DNA of 64,000 bases from Bdellovibrionales bacterium (GTDB taxonomy: Bacteria > Bdellovibrionota > Bdellovibrionia > Bdellovibrionales > UBA1609): NCBI GenBank assembly GCA_041690295.1, contig JAWLHR010000002.1, positions 96,001-160,000 on the forward strand, written 5' to 3'. The notes under the pieces are model-generated. The model was not told the DNA's origin and ran no database searches. It was given only the letters and a program-made list of their open reading frames with translations. The number at the start of each line of letters is the position of its first letter. Positions within the stretch are counted from its first letter, which is position 1. The position numbers were made by a program, and so were the translations under genes. This document shows positions 46,249 through 56,576 of the stretch, piece by piece.

Positions 46249-47058
46249 ATGAAATATAAAGTATCCCGCCAGGGTGAAGAACTGGGCTCATTCGATTTGG
46301 ATCAAATCGCCACGATGATTCGCGCGCGGGAAATCGAGCTTTTCGATTACATCTTCGATGAAGACAAAAACGACTGGATTCTCCTCATGGAGCATCCGGG
46401 TGTAACGGCGAAACTGAAAAGCAACAAGCCCGGCAAACCGCCGAAAAAAGAAACCACCGCTGAACCGCGGAAGTCCACCACGGAAACCGTGGTCACAGCC
46501 GAGGCTCCGGTTCAGCAGGCTGCCGCCGGTGGTGAATGGTTCGTGTTGAAAGGCGAGCACCGCTTTGGACCTTTTGAATTCGCTGAACTGATTCGCATGC
46601 TTCAGCAAAAAGTGGTTTACCCGTTTGATTTCGTTTGGCACGCCGGACTCAGCGATTGGAAACGTCTCGCCGAACTCCCGGAATTCCAGCCGGACGCCAT
46701 TCGCGGCTTGATGGCGGGCAAAGACAAAAAAACCTCGGAAGTGTTCGTGCCCCGCAAGCACAAGCGCAAAAAACACAACACCCGCGTGATCATTCACGAC
46801 AATCTCTCGTTGTGGAAAGGACAAAGCTTCGAAGTTTCCAAGGGCGGCCTTGGAGTCACGCTGACCAACGCCTTGGTGGTTCCCGGTCAACAGGTGTTTC
46901 TGCACTTCTCCGGCGGCGAAGGTTGGCCGACGTTCAATGCGGTCTGTGAGGTCGTCAGCAAGACCTACGTTGATAAGAATGCTCCTGTTCAATACGGTCT
47001 AAAGTTTTTGAGCGTCAGCCAGGAAGCCCTGGCTGAATTCCAGAAGAAGGTGAGTTGA
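46249..47058 (+). CDS. tandem GYF_2 (DUF4339) + PilZ domain protein
   Basis: EELGSF and HRFGPF...VWHAGLSDWK...LPEF; PilZ RKHKR...EVSKGG...YGLKF. Confidence 0.8.
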   Translation: MKYKVSRQGEELGSFDLDQIATMIRAREIELFDYIFDEDKNDWILLMEHPGVTAKLKSNKPGKPPKKETTAEPRKSTTETVVTAEAPVQQAAAGGEWFVLKGEHRFGPFEFAELIRMLQQKVVYPFDFVWHAGLSDWKRLAELPEFQPDAIRGLMAGKDKKTSEVFVPRKHKRKKHNTRVIIHDNLSLWKGQSFEVSKGGLGVTLTNALVVPGQQVFLHFSGGEGWPTFNAVCEVVSKTYVDKNAPVQYGLKFLSVSQEALAEFQKKVS

Positions 47059-50042
47059 TCGTGAAACCGGCGCTGACTTCGATTCTCATTCAGATCCTGC
47101 TCGTCGGATCGATGGCTTTATCGGTCACGGCTGAAGCGCGCGCCAAAAAAGACACCAAAAAGGTGGAGCCGCTTTCGGATTTGAAACTGGTCGAGGGCGA
47201 TGAAAAAGGCAACGAAGTGCGCTCGCTGAAAACCGAGCTGCTCGTGGCCAGCGCCGAAAAGAAAGCCATCGAGCAAGCCCACCGTTTAATCCGTAAATAT
47301 CGCGGAATGCCGATGGAAGCCGAGCTTCATTTCCGATTGGCCGAACTTTACATGCGTAAGGCGAAAACCGATCGGTTCTTTGAGATTCATCGTCACTCGG
47401 AAACCGTGGTGAAGTTCGCTCCGCGGTTGGCGCGTTCAGCCTCATCCAAGGCCACGATCCGCGACGCGATTTCGCGTTATGCGATGATTCAAAAGCGTTT
47501 TCCCGGATTCGAGCAGATGGACTTGGTGATTTTCAATCAGGCCTTCGCGTATCAGACCCTGGGTGACGACTCCAAAGCCGAGCCGCTTTATCGCCATCTG
47601 GTTAAGAAATACCCCGATTCCCTCCTTGTTCCCGATTCTTATCTGGCGCTTGGTGAAATAGAATTTAACCGCAACCGTTTCTCGGTGGCCTTGGAGCATT
47701 TCAACGCCATCCGGAAATATCCCGACAGCCGCGTTTATCCTTATGGTTTATATAAAGCCGCGTGGACACATTATAATCTGAGGGATGCGCTCAAAGGGTT
47801 AAAAACCCTTGAAGAGGTTGTGGCCTACGGCAAAATGGTCGCGGAAAAAGGCATCGACGCGCGATTGGATCTTCGCAAAGAAGCTTTGGAAGATATGACG
47901 CTCTTTTTCGAGGAAGTCTATCCTTCGAAGAACGCGTACTCTTATTTTCTCAAGCAAGCGGGCAAAACGGAAGTGGGGCCGATCCTCTTGCGTCTCGCCT
48001 CGCTTTATGAACGCCATTCGCGATTCAGTGATCAAAGAATCGTTTTGGATCAATTCATCGACGACCTTCCGCACTCGCCGCTTTTGCCGCAGGTTCATAA
48101 TGATCTCGTCTCCGCGCACGATCATATGCGCGAGAAACCCAAGGCCGTCGCGCGAATGGAAGACTTTTACCGTCTTTGCCAAAAAGACGCCCGTTGGGTG
48201 AAGAGCCAAGGTAAGACCGACCAAGAACGCGTCAAGGCGGCCGAGGAATGTATCACCTCGCTCAATACACTGGCTCTGCGTCTGGCGAGAAAATGGCTTT
48301 CGGCGTGGAAGAAGATCCCGGCCGATACAACCTACGCGGACTCCTCCGAACAGGCCTTTGAAATCTATCTACGCACTCCCGCGACCACTGAAGAATACGC
48401 GACCTCGCGTTTCGCTTATGCCGAACTTCTTTTCGCGCGTAAGAAATTCCGCAAGGCTTCGGATGAGTACGCCAAGGTCACCGAACATGGTAAAGCGCCG
48501 AAGCTCAATCATGACGCGTCCTACGCCGCGGTGCTGAGTTTGGAAAAAGCCGTGGGTGACAAGTGGAGCGCGGAGGATGAAGCGCGATTCCATGATCTGG
48601 CCAAACGCTACGTGACTCAGAATCCTAAAGGGAAATACCGTCTTGATGTCGAATATAAGATGGCGCTCCTGGCTTATGAGAAAAACCGCTACGATGAAGC
48701 CGCGCCCATCTTCCTCAAGCTCGGCTCCGAGTTCGCCGGCCAGGAAAAAGGACTTAAATCCCAGGATCTGTACCTCGATATCCTTAATATAAAGAAGGAT
48801 TATCAGGGCATCCGCGATTACACCAAAAATCTTCTGAAGTCGGCGAAAAACGGTGATCGCCAGCAGAAACTGAGAAAGCTCACCGAACAGGCGCACTTCC
48901 TCCAGGTGCAAGGACTTGAGGAAAAAGGTCAGCTTAAAGAAGCTTTAAATGAGTACCAGGCCTTCACCAAGCAACATCCCAAATCCGAACTTCTCGAGCC
49001 GGCCATTTGGAACACCATGCAGTTGCAGTTCAAGTTGAATGAAATCCGGGCTGGATCGGAAACCGCGGTTGAATATGCCACCAAGTTTCCCAAGGCCAAG
49101 AACGTGACGGAAGCTCTCCTGAAGGCGGCGCAATCCTTCGAAACCATGGGGCAACTCAAGCGGGCGGCGCAGGTTCTCGAAATGTTGGCCGCCAAGGATG
49201 AAAAATCAGCTCGCAAGTGGAAAGAGTTGGCGGCGGATTTTTACGCGCTCGACGGCCAACCGGATTCGGCCCGCAAGATATATACCTCTTTGAATAAAGA
49301 AAAAATCGGCTCTGATTTACGCGTGAGTTTGATGACCAAATTGGATGCGCTGGAAAAATCCTATGGTGATAGCAGATCGCAGGCCGCCATCCAGAGACAA
49401 ATCATTGAAATGAACATCCAGCCCCAGGCGGGACTGGCCAAGGTGGCCCGGGTGGAAAGTCTTTTTGAACAAGGTAAATACGCCGACGCCTTCAATGAGG
49501 CTCGCCAAAACCTAAGCTCCAAGCAATTGAACGCCCATCACAAGGCGCGTTTGCGCCTGGTTCAGGCCAAGGTACTCGAAAAAGAATTCATGGATCAAAG
49601 CGTGAAGGCCCGGGCCGAAAAAGTGGTCACCGTGCTGGCGATCAAGACCGAAAAACTGCAGAAGGCGCAAGAGGCCCTGCAATCGGCGATCAAGTTCGGC
49701 GACCCCAAAGTTTCCATGGATGCCTTCGAGCGGCTCTACCGCATCTATCATCATTACGTGAAAGCACTGAAAGAGATGCCGACGCCCACCGGACTTAGCG
49801 CCGAGGACGCTCAGGCGTTTCGCACCGAGATCGACAACCTGGTGATTCCGCTTGAAGAAAAAAGCGTCGAAACTTTGGCGCAGGCGTTTGAGTTCGCCCG
49901 TAAGAATTCGGTTTTGGATGATACGGCTATGCGGCTCGAGCGTGAATTGGATCAAGTGAATCATCAGACACCGACGAATTATACGATGCCGTTGTCGCAA
50001 CCTGAAATCATGTTGCCGGTCGTGGCGGGAGTTGGATCATGA
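47055..50042 (+). CDS. large periplasmic TPR protein, GltD/AgmU-like
   Basis: Signal peptide, FRLAELY, YKAAWTHYNL, LRKEAL, many TPRs; first gene of a Glt-type operon. Confidence 0.78.
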   Translation: MIVKPALTSILIQILLVGSMALSVTAEARAKKDTKKVEPLSDLKLVEGDEKGNEVRSLKTELLVASAEKKAIEQAHRLIRKYRGMPMEAELHFRLAELYMRKAKTDRFFEIHRHSETVVKFAPRLARSASSKATIRDAISRYAMIQKRFPGFEQMDLVIFNQAFAYQTLGDDSKAEPLYRHLVKKYPDSLLVPDSYLALGEIEFNRNRFSVALEHFNAIRKYPDSRVYPYGLYKAAWTHYNLRDALKGLKTLEEVVAYGKMVAEKGIDARLDLRKEALEDMTLFFEEVYPSKNAYSYFLKQAGKTEVGPILLRLASLYERHSRFSDQRIVLDQFIDDLPHSPLLPQVHNDLVSAHDHMREKPKAVARMEDFYRLCQKDARWVKSQGKTDQERVKAAEECITSLNTLALRLARKWLSAWKKIPADTTYADSSEQAFEIYLRTPATTEEYATSRFAYAELLFARKKFRKASDEYAKVTEHGKAPKLNHDASYAAVLSLEKAVGDKWSAEDEARFHDLAKRYVTQNPKGKYRLDVEYKMALLAYEKNRYDEAAPIFLKLGSEFAGQEKGLKSQDLYLDILNIKKDYQGIRDYTKNLLKSAKNGDRQQKLRKLTEQAHFLQVQGLEEKGQLKEALNEYQAFTKQHPKSELLEPAIWNTMQLQFKLNEIRAGSETAVEYATKFPKAKNVTEALLKAAQSFETMGQLKRAAQVLEMLAAKDEKSARKWKELAADFYALDGQPDSARKIYTSLNKEKIGSDLRVSLMTKLDALEKSYGDSRSQAAIQRQIIEMNIQPQAGLAKVARVESLFEQGKYADAFNEARQNLSSKQLNAHHKARLRLVQAKVLEKEFMDQSVKARAEKVVTVLAIKTEKLQKAQEALQSAIKFGDPKVSMDAFERLYRIYHHYVKALKEMPTPTGLSAEDAQAFRTEIDNLVIPLEEKSVETLAQAFEFARKNSVLDDTAMRLERELDQVNHQTPTNYTMPLSQPEIMLPVVAGVGS

Positions 50043-50860
50043 AGCGATTGAGTTGGATCGCGATTTCCATTTTAGTCACCGGTTGCGCCTCGCAATCGAT
50101 GAAATCGGCGAAGTCCACGGGTTCGGACCACGTCAAGCCGAGCTATGACGAAAAAGCGGGCGTGGTCGAAGCCGATGCCGTGAAACCGCGAGCCTGCCCG
50201 GCGGACGGCGCGTGGGAAAAGGTTGAATGGCGCAAGGTCATTCCCATGGCCAATGCCTGTGTCAGCGCGAAAGACTGGCGCAAGGTGGAACTGATCGGCC
50301 GCCATCTGGGGCAAAATGCTCCGCTCACGCCTTGGGGAGCTTATTACATGAGTCTCGCGGCCAACGCGCGCAAAGATTATCCGCGGGCGGTGTGGATGAT
50401 CCAATTGGCTTTGAAAAAGGCGCCGAAAGAGGGGCTCTTCAATTATCAGCTCGGCCGGTTGCATTGGGAAATGGAAGACGACGTGGCGGCTCTGCAGGAG
50501 TTGGAAAAAGCCATTGAACTGAATCCCAAACTGACGGACGCCCAATGGATCATCGGTCAGATCGCCTTGAAACGCGGTGATCACAAGAAGGCCGAACGGC
50601 ATTTGACGATGGCGCTTGAACAGAATTCGAAGCATGCCCAAGCTCTTCTGGCCATGGCCTCATTGCGGGCCAAACAGAAGAACTGGGTGGATGCGGAATC
50701 TTTTTTAACTCGAGCCCAGAGGGTTCACCCGCGCGATGCGAACATCCAAGCGGCGCTGAATCATGTGAGGGAAAATCGAGCCAAGATGAAGGCGGCGGAG
50801 GCGCCGGTTAAAACGGTGTCCACGCGCGCACCCACGGGCGAGGGAAAGGTGGCGGATTAA
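50039..50860 (+). CDS. TPR lipoprotein, GltE/AglT-like
   Basis: Lipobox VTGC, TPRs, operon position. Confidence 0.72.
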   Translation: MKRLSWIAISILVTGCASQSMKSAKSTGSDHVKPSYDEKAGVVEADAVKPRACPADGAWEKVEWRKVIPMANACVSAKDWRKVELIGRHLGQNAPLTPWGAYYMSLAANARKDYPRAVWMIQLALKKAPKEGLFNYQLGRLHWEMEDDVAALQELEKAIELNPKLTDAQWIIGQIALKRGDHKKAERHLTMALEQNSKHAQALLAMASLRAKQKNWVDAESFLTRAQRVHPRDANIQAALNHVRENRAKMKAAEAPVKTVSTRAPTGEGKVAD

Positions 50861-51114
50861 TGAAATACCTGATCTGTTTAATCATCGCTTTCGTCGCGAT
50901 CGCGGCGCAGGCGCAGGCGAAAAAAGGCAAGAAGAAAGTCGAGTACCGCAAAACTCAGGAAGTGAACTTCGATGCGGCGGATATCGACGGGCAAGTCCGC
51001 TCTCCCGACGGCGCTTATCTTTTGCAAAAGCGCGGAGTGCGGTTCATGCCGATTTATAAAGTGAACAATCAATTTGAGAAAAACATTCTCGAGTCGGTGG
51101 AATATCTGAGGTAG
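50860..51114 (+). CDS. small secreted protein, GltF/CglF-like
   Basis: Signal peptide; KTQEVNFDAADIDGQVRSPDG motif. Confidence 0.72.
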   Translation: MKYLICLIIAFVAIAAQAQAKKGKKKVEYRKTQEVNFDAADIDGQVRSPDGAYLLQKRGVRFMPIYKVNNQFEKNILESVEYLR

Positions 51115-51119
51115 TTTGA

Positions 51120-52607
51120 ATGAAGAAGGCGGCCCTTCAAGTTGAACATAGGATCAAGAACCGGTTCGTCGGTTCCTGCCTGCTCTCCGCGGAGAGCGGA
51201 CTGACGACGATTGGTTCTGCGCAGACCGCGAAGATCCGCGTGCTGGGCGAGGAGATCGCCGGACTCCACGCCGCCCTTGAATTTCACGAGGGCGAATGGC
51301 ACATCTGCGACTTGGGGAGCAAGACCGGGACCTGGATAAACAAACAATCGATTATCGAGGAAAAAATATCCGAACCGACCACCATTCAGGTGGGTGCTCA
51401 CGTATTGAAAGTGACGCCTCTGGAAATGGAGCGGAATCTTTTTGAAAAGAACGACGAAGTTAAATCCGCGCAGGGCCCGGTTTACCATCAAGTGGTGGTG
51501 CTGAAGAACGGTGTCCTGATCGAGTCTTCGCTGCTTCCGCAAACCGAAAACTTCGAATTCAACGGCCAGGTTTATCCGGCGCCGAAAGACCACGATTGGG
51601 TGGTGACCGAAGCGGCACCGTTCGTTTTGAAACAACGGCTGGTGAACGCGGAAGTCCTTCCCGAGACGCGCTTCAAAGAAACCATCGGTGAAGGATGGAA
51701 TCGTCCGGCGCCGCTGATTGCCTTGGGCTTGTTCGTGATCGTCATGCTGGCTTTCATGCTCGCGCCCCATAAGCCCGACGACGAGCTGAAGACGCTTAAA
51801 CCTACCATGCAGAACCAATACACGCGCATGATTTTCGACGGCAAAAAACTGCGCGAGAAAAAAGTGGCGGCCGAGAAAATGCGTAAATCTCTGCAAGGTC
51901 AGACCCGCCAGGGCGTTCCCAAACCCACGCCGGGTGGTGACGCCGGGGCGAAGCTCGCCGGCGGAAAAGGAAAACCAGCTCCCAAAGTCGTAACTAACAT
52001 TCGCGCCGCGGGCCTTGGAGCCTTGATCGGTAAAGTGGCCGCGCGCGCCAGCAAGAACGCGCAGCTGGTCCAAGCCGCGGGTCTTGCCGCGGACAACGCC
52101 CGCTCCGGTCGCGCGTTGGCGCTGGGCGGAGGTTCTTCTTTGGATAAGCTCGGTGGCGGCACGTCCGGTGGTGACACCAAGAAAATCGGTGGTCTGGGAA
52201 CGGCCGGTAAAGGCGGCGGTACGACCGGTTATAAGGGCACGGGCAGTTTGAGTTTAGGTAACACGGGAAGCGCGGAAGTCGGTATTCTTGACGAGGAAAC
52301 GGAAGTGGCCGGCGGTCTGGATAAAGAAGTGATCGCCCGCGTGATCAAATCCCAATTGGGTCAGATCCGCTATTGTTATGAGCGCCAACTGAGCGCGAAC
52401 CCGGATTTGTACGGAAAGATTTTAGTTAAATTTACGATTGGTGCGACGGGAAGTGTGGTCGCCCAATCGATAGGCACAACGTCATTAAATAACGCCATGG
52501 TTGAAGGATGTATTCTGAGGCGTATCGCGGGATGGAAGTTCCCCACTCCGAAAGGTGGAACGAACGTCCTGGTGACTTACCCGTTCTTGTTTAAGAGCAA
52601 CCGGTAA
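51120..52607 (+). CDS. FHA - TM - Gly-rich - TonB_C (AgmX/PglI) protein, GltG-like
   Basis: FHA (DLGSKTGTWIN), TM, GLDKEVIARVI...QIRYCYE...FPTPKGG...YPF. Confidence 0.85.
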   Translation: MKKAALQVEHRIKNRFVGSCLLSAESGLTTIGSAQTAKIRVLGEEIAGLHAALEFHEGEWHICDLGSKTGTWINKQSIIEEKISEPTTIQVGAHVLKVTPLEMERNLFEKNDEVKSAQGPVYHQVVVLKNGVLIESSLLPQTENFEFNGQVYPAPKDHDWVVTEAAPFVLKQRLVNAEVLPETRFKETIGEGWNRPAPLIALGLFVIVMLAFMLAPHKPDDELKTLKPTMQNQYTRMIFDGKKLREKKVAAEKMRKSLQGQTRQGVPKPTPGGDAGAKLAGGKGKPAPKVVTNIRAAGLGALIGKVAARASKNAQLVQAAGLAADNARSGRALALGGGSSLDKLGGGTSGGDTKKIGGLGTAGKGGGTTGYKGTGSLSLGNTGSAEVGILDEETEVAGGLDKEVIARVIKSQLGQIRYCYERQLSANPDLYGKILVKFTIGATGSVVAQSIGTTSLNNAMVEGCILRRIAGWKFPTPKGGTNVLVTYPFLFKSNR

Positions 52608-52653
52608 GTCGCACGATACGTAAAACCCACGGCAGATCCTAAAGGAGGGATCT

Positions 52654-53442
52654 ATGGGAACTCGGAATGCAACAATGATCGGCATCGCGGTTATTGCCTT
52701 CTTCGCCACTTTGCCCGCCGCCCATGCTCAAGCCAAAGGCGCGGCGGCCAAAAAAGGGGCCGCGGCCAAGCCGGCGGATGACGGCAAAGTCGATATTTCC
52801 GATCTCGAAAATAAATACTGGGCTCCGAAAGACACGGACTTTTCCGTGGTTCAAAATCGGACTTACGCGAAAGAGAAGAAATTCACCATCACGCCGCAAT
52901 GGGGAACATTGATTAACGATCCTTACAGCGACGGTACCATCTTCGGACTGACCGGCAACTATTTCTGGTCGGAGCGGATGGGCGTTCAGGTTTCCTATTA
53001 CAACGCTGACCTGCGAAATAACAACGCGGTTAAGGACCTTGCGGAATTGGCGACCACCACGGGCGCCCGTCCGGACCACGGTAAAATCACTGGCTACTAC
53101 GGCATTGGTTATAACTTCGTGCCGTTTTACGCCAAGATGAGCGTGATGAGTTCGAAGATCATTTACTTCGACATGGCCTTTACTCCCACGATCGGTATGA
53201 CCACTTATGATCAACAAATCGAGTCGGGGAATAAGTCCAAAACGGCGTTCACCTACGGGCTTGATGTGACCCAGTTTTTCTTTTTTTCCAAGTGGTTCGC
53301 CGTCAGGGCGGATTTGAGAAACCAATGGCGTTCAGAGGAAGTCGTTAAATACCGTGGAACTTCGATCGGCCGAAAGGTCAAAGACAAGTTCCAGCACGAC
53401 ACCATGTTCTTCATCGGCGCGACTTTCTATTTTGGAACTTAA
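52654..53442 (+). CDS. outer-membrane beta-barrel, GltA/B/H-like
   Basis: SVVQNR, INDPY, PFYAK...IYFD, RADLRN motifs. Confidence 0.78.
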   Translation: MGTRNATMIGIAVIAFFATLPAAHAQAKGAAAKKGAAAKPADDGKVDISDLENKYWAPKDTDFSVVQNRTYAKEKKFTITPQWGTLINDPYSDGTIFGLTGNYFWSERMGVQVSYYNADLRNNNAVKDLAELATTTGARPDHGKITGYYGIGYNFVPFYAKMSVMSSKIIYFDMAFTPTIGMTTYDQQIESGNKSKTAFTYGLDVTQFFFFSKWFAVRADLRNQWRSEEVVKYRGTSIGRKVKDKFQHDTMFFIGATFYFGT

Positions 53443-53469
53443 AGGTTTGGAACCAAAAGGAGCGGGGAC

Positions 53470-55896
53470 ATGAAAACTCGCATTTTAACCATACTGATTC
53501 TGGTGGCCGTGAGTCTCTCGGGCGCTCAAGCGCTCGCGGACGAACCCCAGGGTTTCGTCGCTCGGTTGAAACAAAAATGGACCGAAGTTTCAACCGAAGT
53601 GAAAGCGAAGGTGAAAGCCAAAGTCGACGAGTGGATCGATTATTGGCAAGGCGGTGATAAAACCAAAACCGCTCAGCAGCAGCAACAGCCACAGGCTCCC
53701 GGCCAGTGGACACCGCCGCCGGTGAAGATCACGGAAACCAATGAGCAGGCTCAGTTGCGCGCTCAACCGATTTATGAGGAAAAAGCGCCGAACAGCACCC
53801 TCGACGATGTGAAGCGGGTGCAACAGACGGTGAAGGATACGCCTGTTCTCTCGGTCGCGACACCCGCGGTGCCGGGCACGAGCAATCTGCCCAAAACCAA
53901 GGCGGGCGTGCCCAAGGCGGACTTCAAACAGTTTAAAGTGACGAAAAAAATTCCGCGTCTGGATATCGGAACCGAGCCCACGATTTCGGCGAAAGATTTC
54001 AACTACGGCCACTTGAACTGGAATCCACACACGGGCGCTGAGTTTCAACGCCTGCCGCCCGTGCCGGAAATCAAAAGCCAGGAATTGACAGCCGCTTTAA
54101 CCATGAAAGTGGCGCCGGCCAAAGATCCCAAGGAACCCCCGATCCAAAAACAGGTGATGAAAGCGGTGAACCAGGGAACCATCGACGCCATCACGTATAA
54201 CCTCGAAGTGGGTGAGGAAGCCAATCCCTTGCCCTACCAGGCGCTCACGCCTGACGAACTCAAGATGGTGGCGGCTTTGATCCTTTATGAAAAGGGCAAT
54301 AATTGCCCCGTGGTGATGGGTCATTTTCATGAGTTGGCGCAAAAAGCGAAGACCAAACTTGAGGCGACCTTTCACTTGGGCGCCTGCGCCCGCGAACTTA
54401 AAATGCACCAGGCGGCCTTTGATTACTTAAGCGAAGTCATCCGCGCCAACGACAGTGAATACTCAGCGGCCGCGTTGGAAATGCTCGCGCGGGATTTGCA
54501 GCCGATTTACGAGCGTGATTTTTATAATCTCGCTAAGTCCGTTCCCAATTTCAAATCGTTGATTGGTGAGAAATCCAGGGATCTGATCACTTATCGGATG
54601 GCCAAAGGGGCTTACCGCGCGAAAGATTACAAAACTTCGATTCTTTACGCGGATCAGGTTTCGGAAAAGTCGGATCTTCACGACGACGCCCGCGTTCTTT
54701 CGGCCATGAACAGTTTCGCCATGGGTGAAAAGTCAAAAGCCCTCAAGAAACTTGAGACCACCTGGGCTTCATTGCAGGCCCGAAAAGGCCCCACGAGCAA
54801 CATCAGAGCTCTGGTGGCCGTGAATCTGGCGCGGATGTATTTCTCGCAAAAGAAATATCCGAAAGCGCTGGAATCGTACATGCAAGTGCCCAAAGATCAC
54901 GCGCTCTGGGTTCAGGCTTTGATTGAACAAGGTTGGACTCAAATCGCGATCGAGGACTATCCGGGCGCCATCGGAAACATGTACTCACTGCATTCACCGT
55001 ACTTCAAAGCGGTCTATCAGCCCGAGTCTTTCGTGGTGCGCACGATCGGCTACCTGAACATCTGCCAATACGGTGACGCCTATAAGACTCTGACCTGGCT
55101 CGAGAAGGATTATCGCAAATGGTATGATCATCTTGACGCCTATTTGAAAACCAAGTCGCAAGGTCCTTTGGTTTACGAATCGGTTAAATCGTACATTCGC
55201 GGTAAAAGTACGGAGAGCGTGGATGGAGTTCCCTTCCAGCTCTGGCGTGAAATGGCTCGAGGTAAGGAGTTCCTGAACCTTCAATCCGCCATGAATGACA
55301 AACTGGATGAAGTGAGACGCTTTTCGGAAGCTCATGAACGGATGAACAAAGCCAAAGCCAGCCTCTTGAACCGCGTGGCCCAGGCGAACCGCCGGATGGC
55401 TGAACTTCGCGCCAAAATCGCGCAGGTGAAAGTGGATAAGACGCTCGCCAAGGAAGTTCCCGGATGGAGGAACAGCTTGAAACTGGAGCAGGATCTGGTG
55501 ACCGGTCTCCGGTATCAGGCCGCCATGATCGATGAGAATCGCAAGACGTTCAGCCGATTCGAACGCCAAAGCCGGAGCAAGATCGACGGCATGGTTTCAA
55601 GGCTTTCCAAGCAGGCGGGATCGGTGTTGCTCGCGCGCGCTAAAGAAATGCGGCAGGAAATGGCTCGCGTGCTCGAGAACAACGAGCTTCTTCGCTATGA
55701 GGTTTTCGCCGGCAGCGGTGAAAACATCCGTTATCAAGTGGCGGGCGGTGAAGCGGCGGGTTCCAATCGCGTTCCGGCCCACATCAAACCCACGAAGATG
55801 ATGAATTGGTCGTTCGACGGTGAGTTCTGGGAAGACGAAATTGGAAGTTATCGGTCATCGCTTCAGAACAACTGCCCCAAAACGGCAAAGCGATAA
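53470..55896 (+). CDS. TPR protein, GltC-like
   Basis: Signal peptide; ALIEQGW, LHSPYF, C-terminal WSFDGEFWEDEIGSYRSSLQNNC. Confidence 0.72.
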   Translation: MKTRILTILILVAVSLSGAQALADEPQGFVARLKQKWTEVSTEVKAKVKAKVDEWIDYWQGGDKTKTAQQQQQPQAPGQWTPPPVKITETNEQAQLRAQPIYEEKAPNSTLDDVKRVQQTVKDTPVLSVATPAVPGTSNLPKTKAGVPKADFKQFKVTKKIPRLDIGTEPTISAKDFNYGHLNWNPHTGAEFQRLPPVPEIKSQELTAALTMKVAPAKDPKEPPIQKQVMKAVNQGTIDAITYNLEVGEEANPLPYQALTPDELKMVAALILYEKGNNCPVVMGHFHELAQKAKTKLEATFHLGACARELKMHQAAFDYLSEVIRANDSEYSAAALEMLARDLQPIYERDFYNLAKSVPNFKSLIGEKSRDLITYRMAKGAYRAKDYKTSILYADQVSEKSDLHDDARVLSAMNSFAMGEKSKALKKLETTWASLQARKGPTSNIRALVAVNLARMYFSQKKYPKALESYMQVPKDHALWVQALIEQGWTQIAIEDYPGAIGNMYSLHSPYFKAVYQPESFVVRTIGYLNICQYGDAYKTLTWLEKDYRKWYDHLDAYLKTKSQGPLVYESVKSYIRGKSTESVDGVPFQLWREMARGKEFLNLQSAMNDKLDEVRRFSEAHERMNKAKASLLNRVAQANRRMAELRAKIAQVKVDKTLAKEVPGWRNSLKLEQDLVTGLRYQAAMIDENRKTFSRFERQSRSKIDGMVSRLSKQAGSVLLARAKEMRQEMARVLENNELLRYEVFAGSGENIRYQVAGGEAAGSNRVPAHIKPTKMMNWSFDGEFWEDEIGSYRSSLQNNCPKTAKR

Positions 55897-55931
55897 TTTG
55901 GTGAAGAATTATGAATTTTAAAAAAGGGAGA

Positions 55932-56576
55932 ATGCCCATGTGTAAAAAAACAATAGCCGTAATGACAGGCTTCCTGCTGTTGAGCTTGTCGGCCGCGGCC
56001 AAAACCAATGTGAAAAGTTCGTTGGAACAGCTCAAGACCAACGAGGAGAATTCCAAGGCGAATCTGAAACAATATCAGACGAACGCCGAGATCTCCGATA
56101 AAAACGTCAAAGAGGTCGATAAGGCGATTAAAGAAATCAAAACCCAGAAAAAGAATCTGAACCAGAACGCTCAGAATCTGGAAAAGAATCGCCAGACGCT
56201 CGACAAAATGAAAGCCAAGCTGGAGGAGTATAAGAACGACGAAATGAAGCTCCTTCAAAAAGAAGAGGAGCAGATCAAACAACTTCGCAAAATGCTGACG
56301 ATTCTCGAAGAGAATAAAATAAAGCGTCAGGCCAATATCTCCGCTTACGATCAGAAGATCGCCGAGGTGGAGCAGGAAAAATCCGACTGGGATTCGCAAA
56401 AACAAGCTTTCGCGACCTTGCAAGCCGAGCTGGACAAAAAGGAAAAGGCCGCGACGGCTGAGCGCGCCCGCTGGATTGAAAAACGAAACGGCTACCGCAC
56501 TGAGGCCAACAAATGGGCCAAAGAGGCCAAACTCGCTGAACAAACGCGGATCCGCTTCGATAAGCTTAAAGATTAG
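55932..56576 (+). CDS. secreted coiled-coil protein
   Basis: Signal peptide followed by K/E/Q-rich heptads. Confidence 0.75.
   Translation: MPMCKKTIAVMTGFLLLSLSAAAKTNVKSSLEQLKTNEENSKANLKQYQTNAEISDKNVKEVDKAIKEIKTQKKNLNQNAQNLEKNRQTLDKMKAKLEEYKNDEMKLLQKEEEQIKQLRKMLTILEENKIKRQANISAYDQKIAEVEQEKSDWDSQKQAFATLQAELDKKEKAATAERARWIEKRNGYRTEANKWAKEAKLAEQTRIRFDKLKD

Noticed and set aside
51069..52073. 334-aa minus-strand ORF and similar long antisense ORFs (e.g. 46288-46992, 32316-33014, 55863-56543)
   Set aside because: Shadows of well-supported genes on the opposite strand, with no motifs or RBS.
52590..52650. c-di-GMP-I riboswitch-like words before the barrel gene
   Set aside because: No GNRA-capped P2 stem or proper pairing, and it overlaps the upstream coding end.
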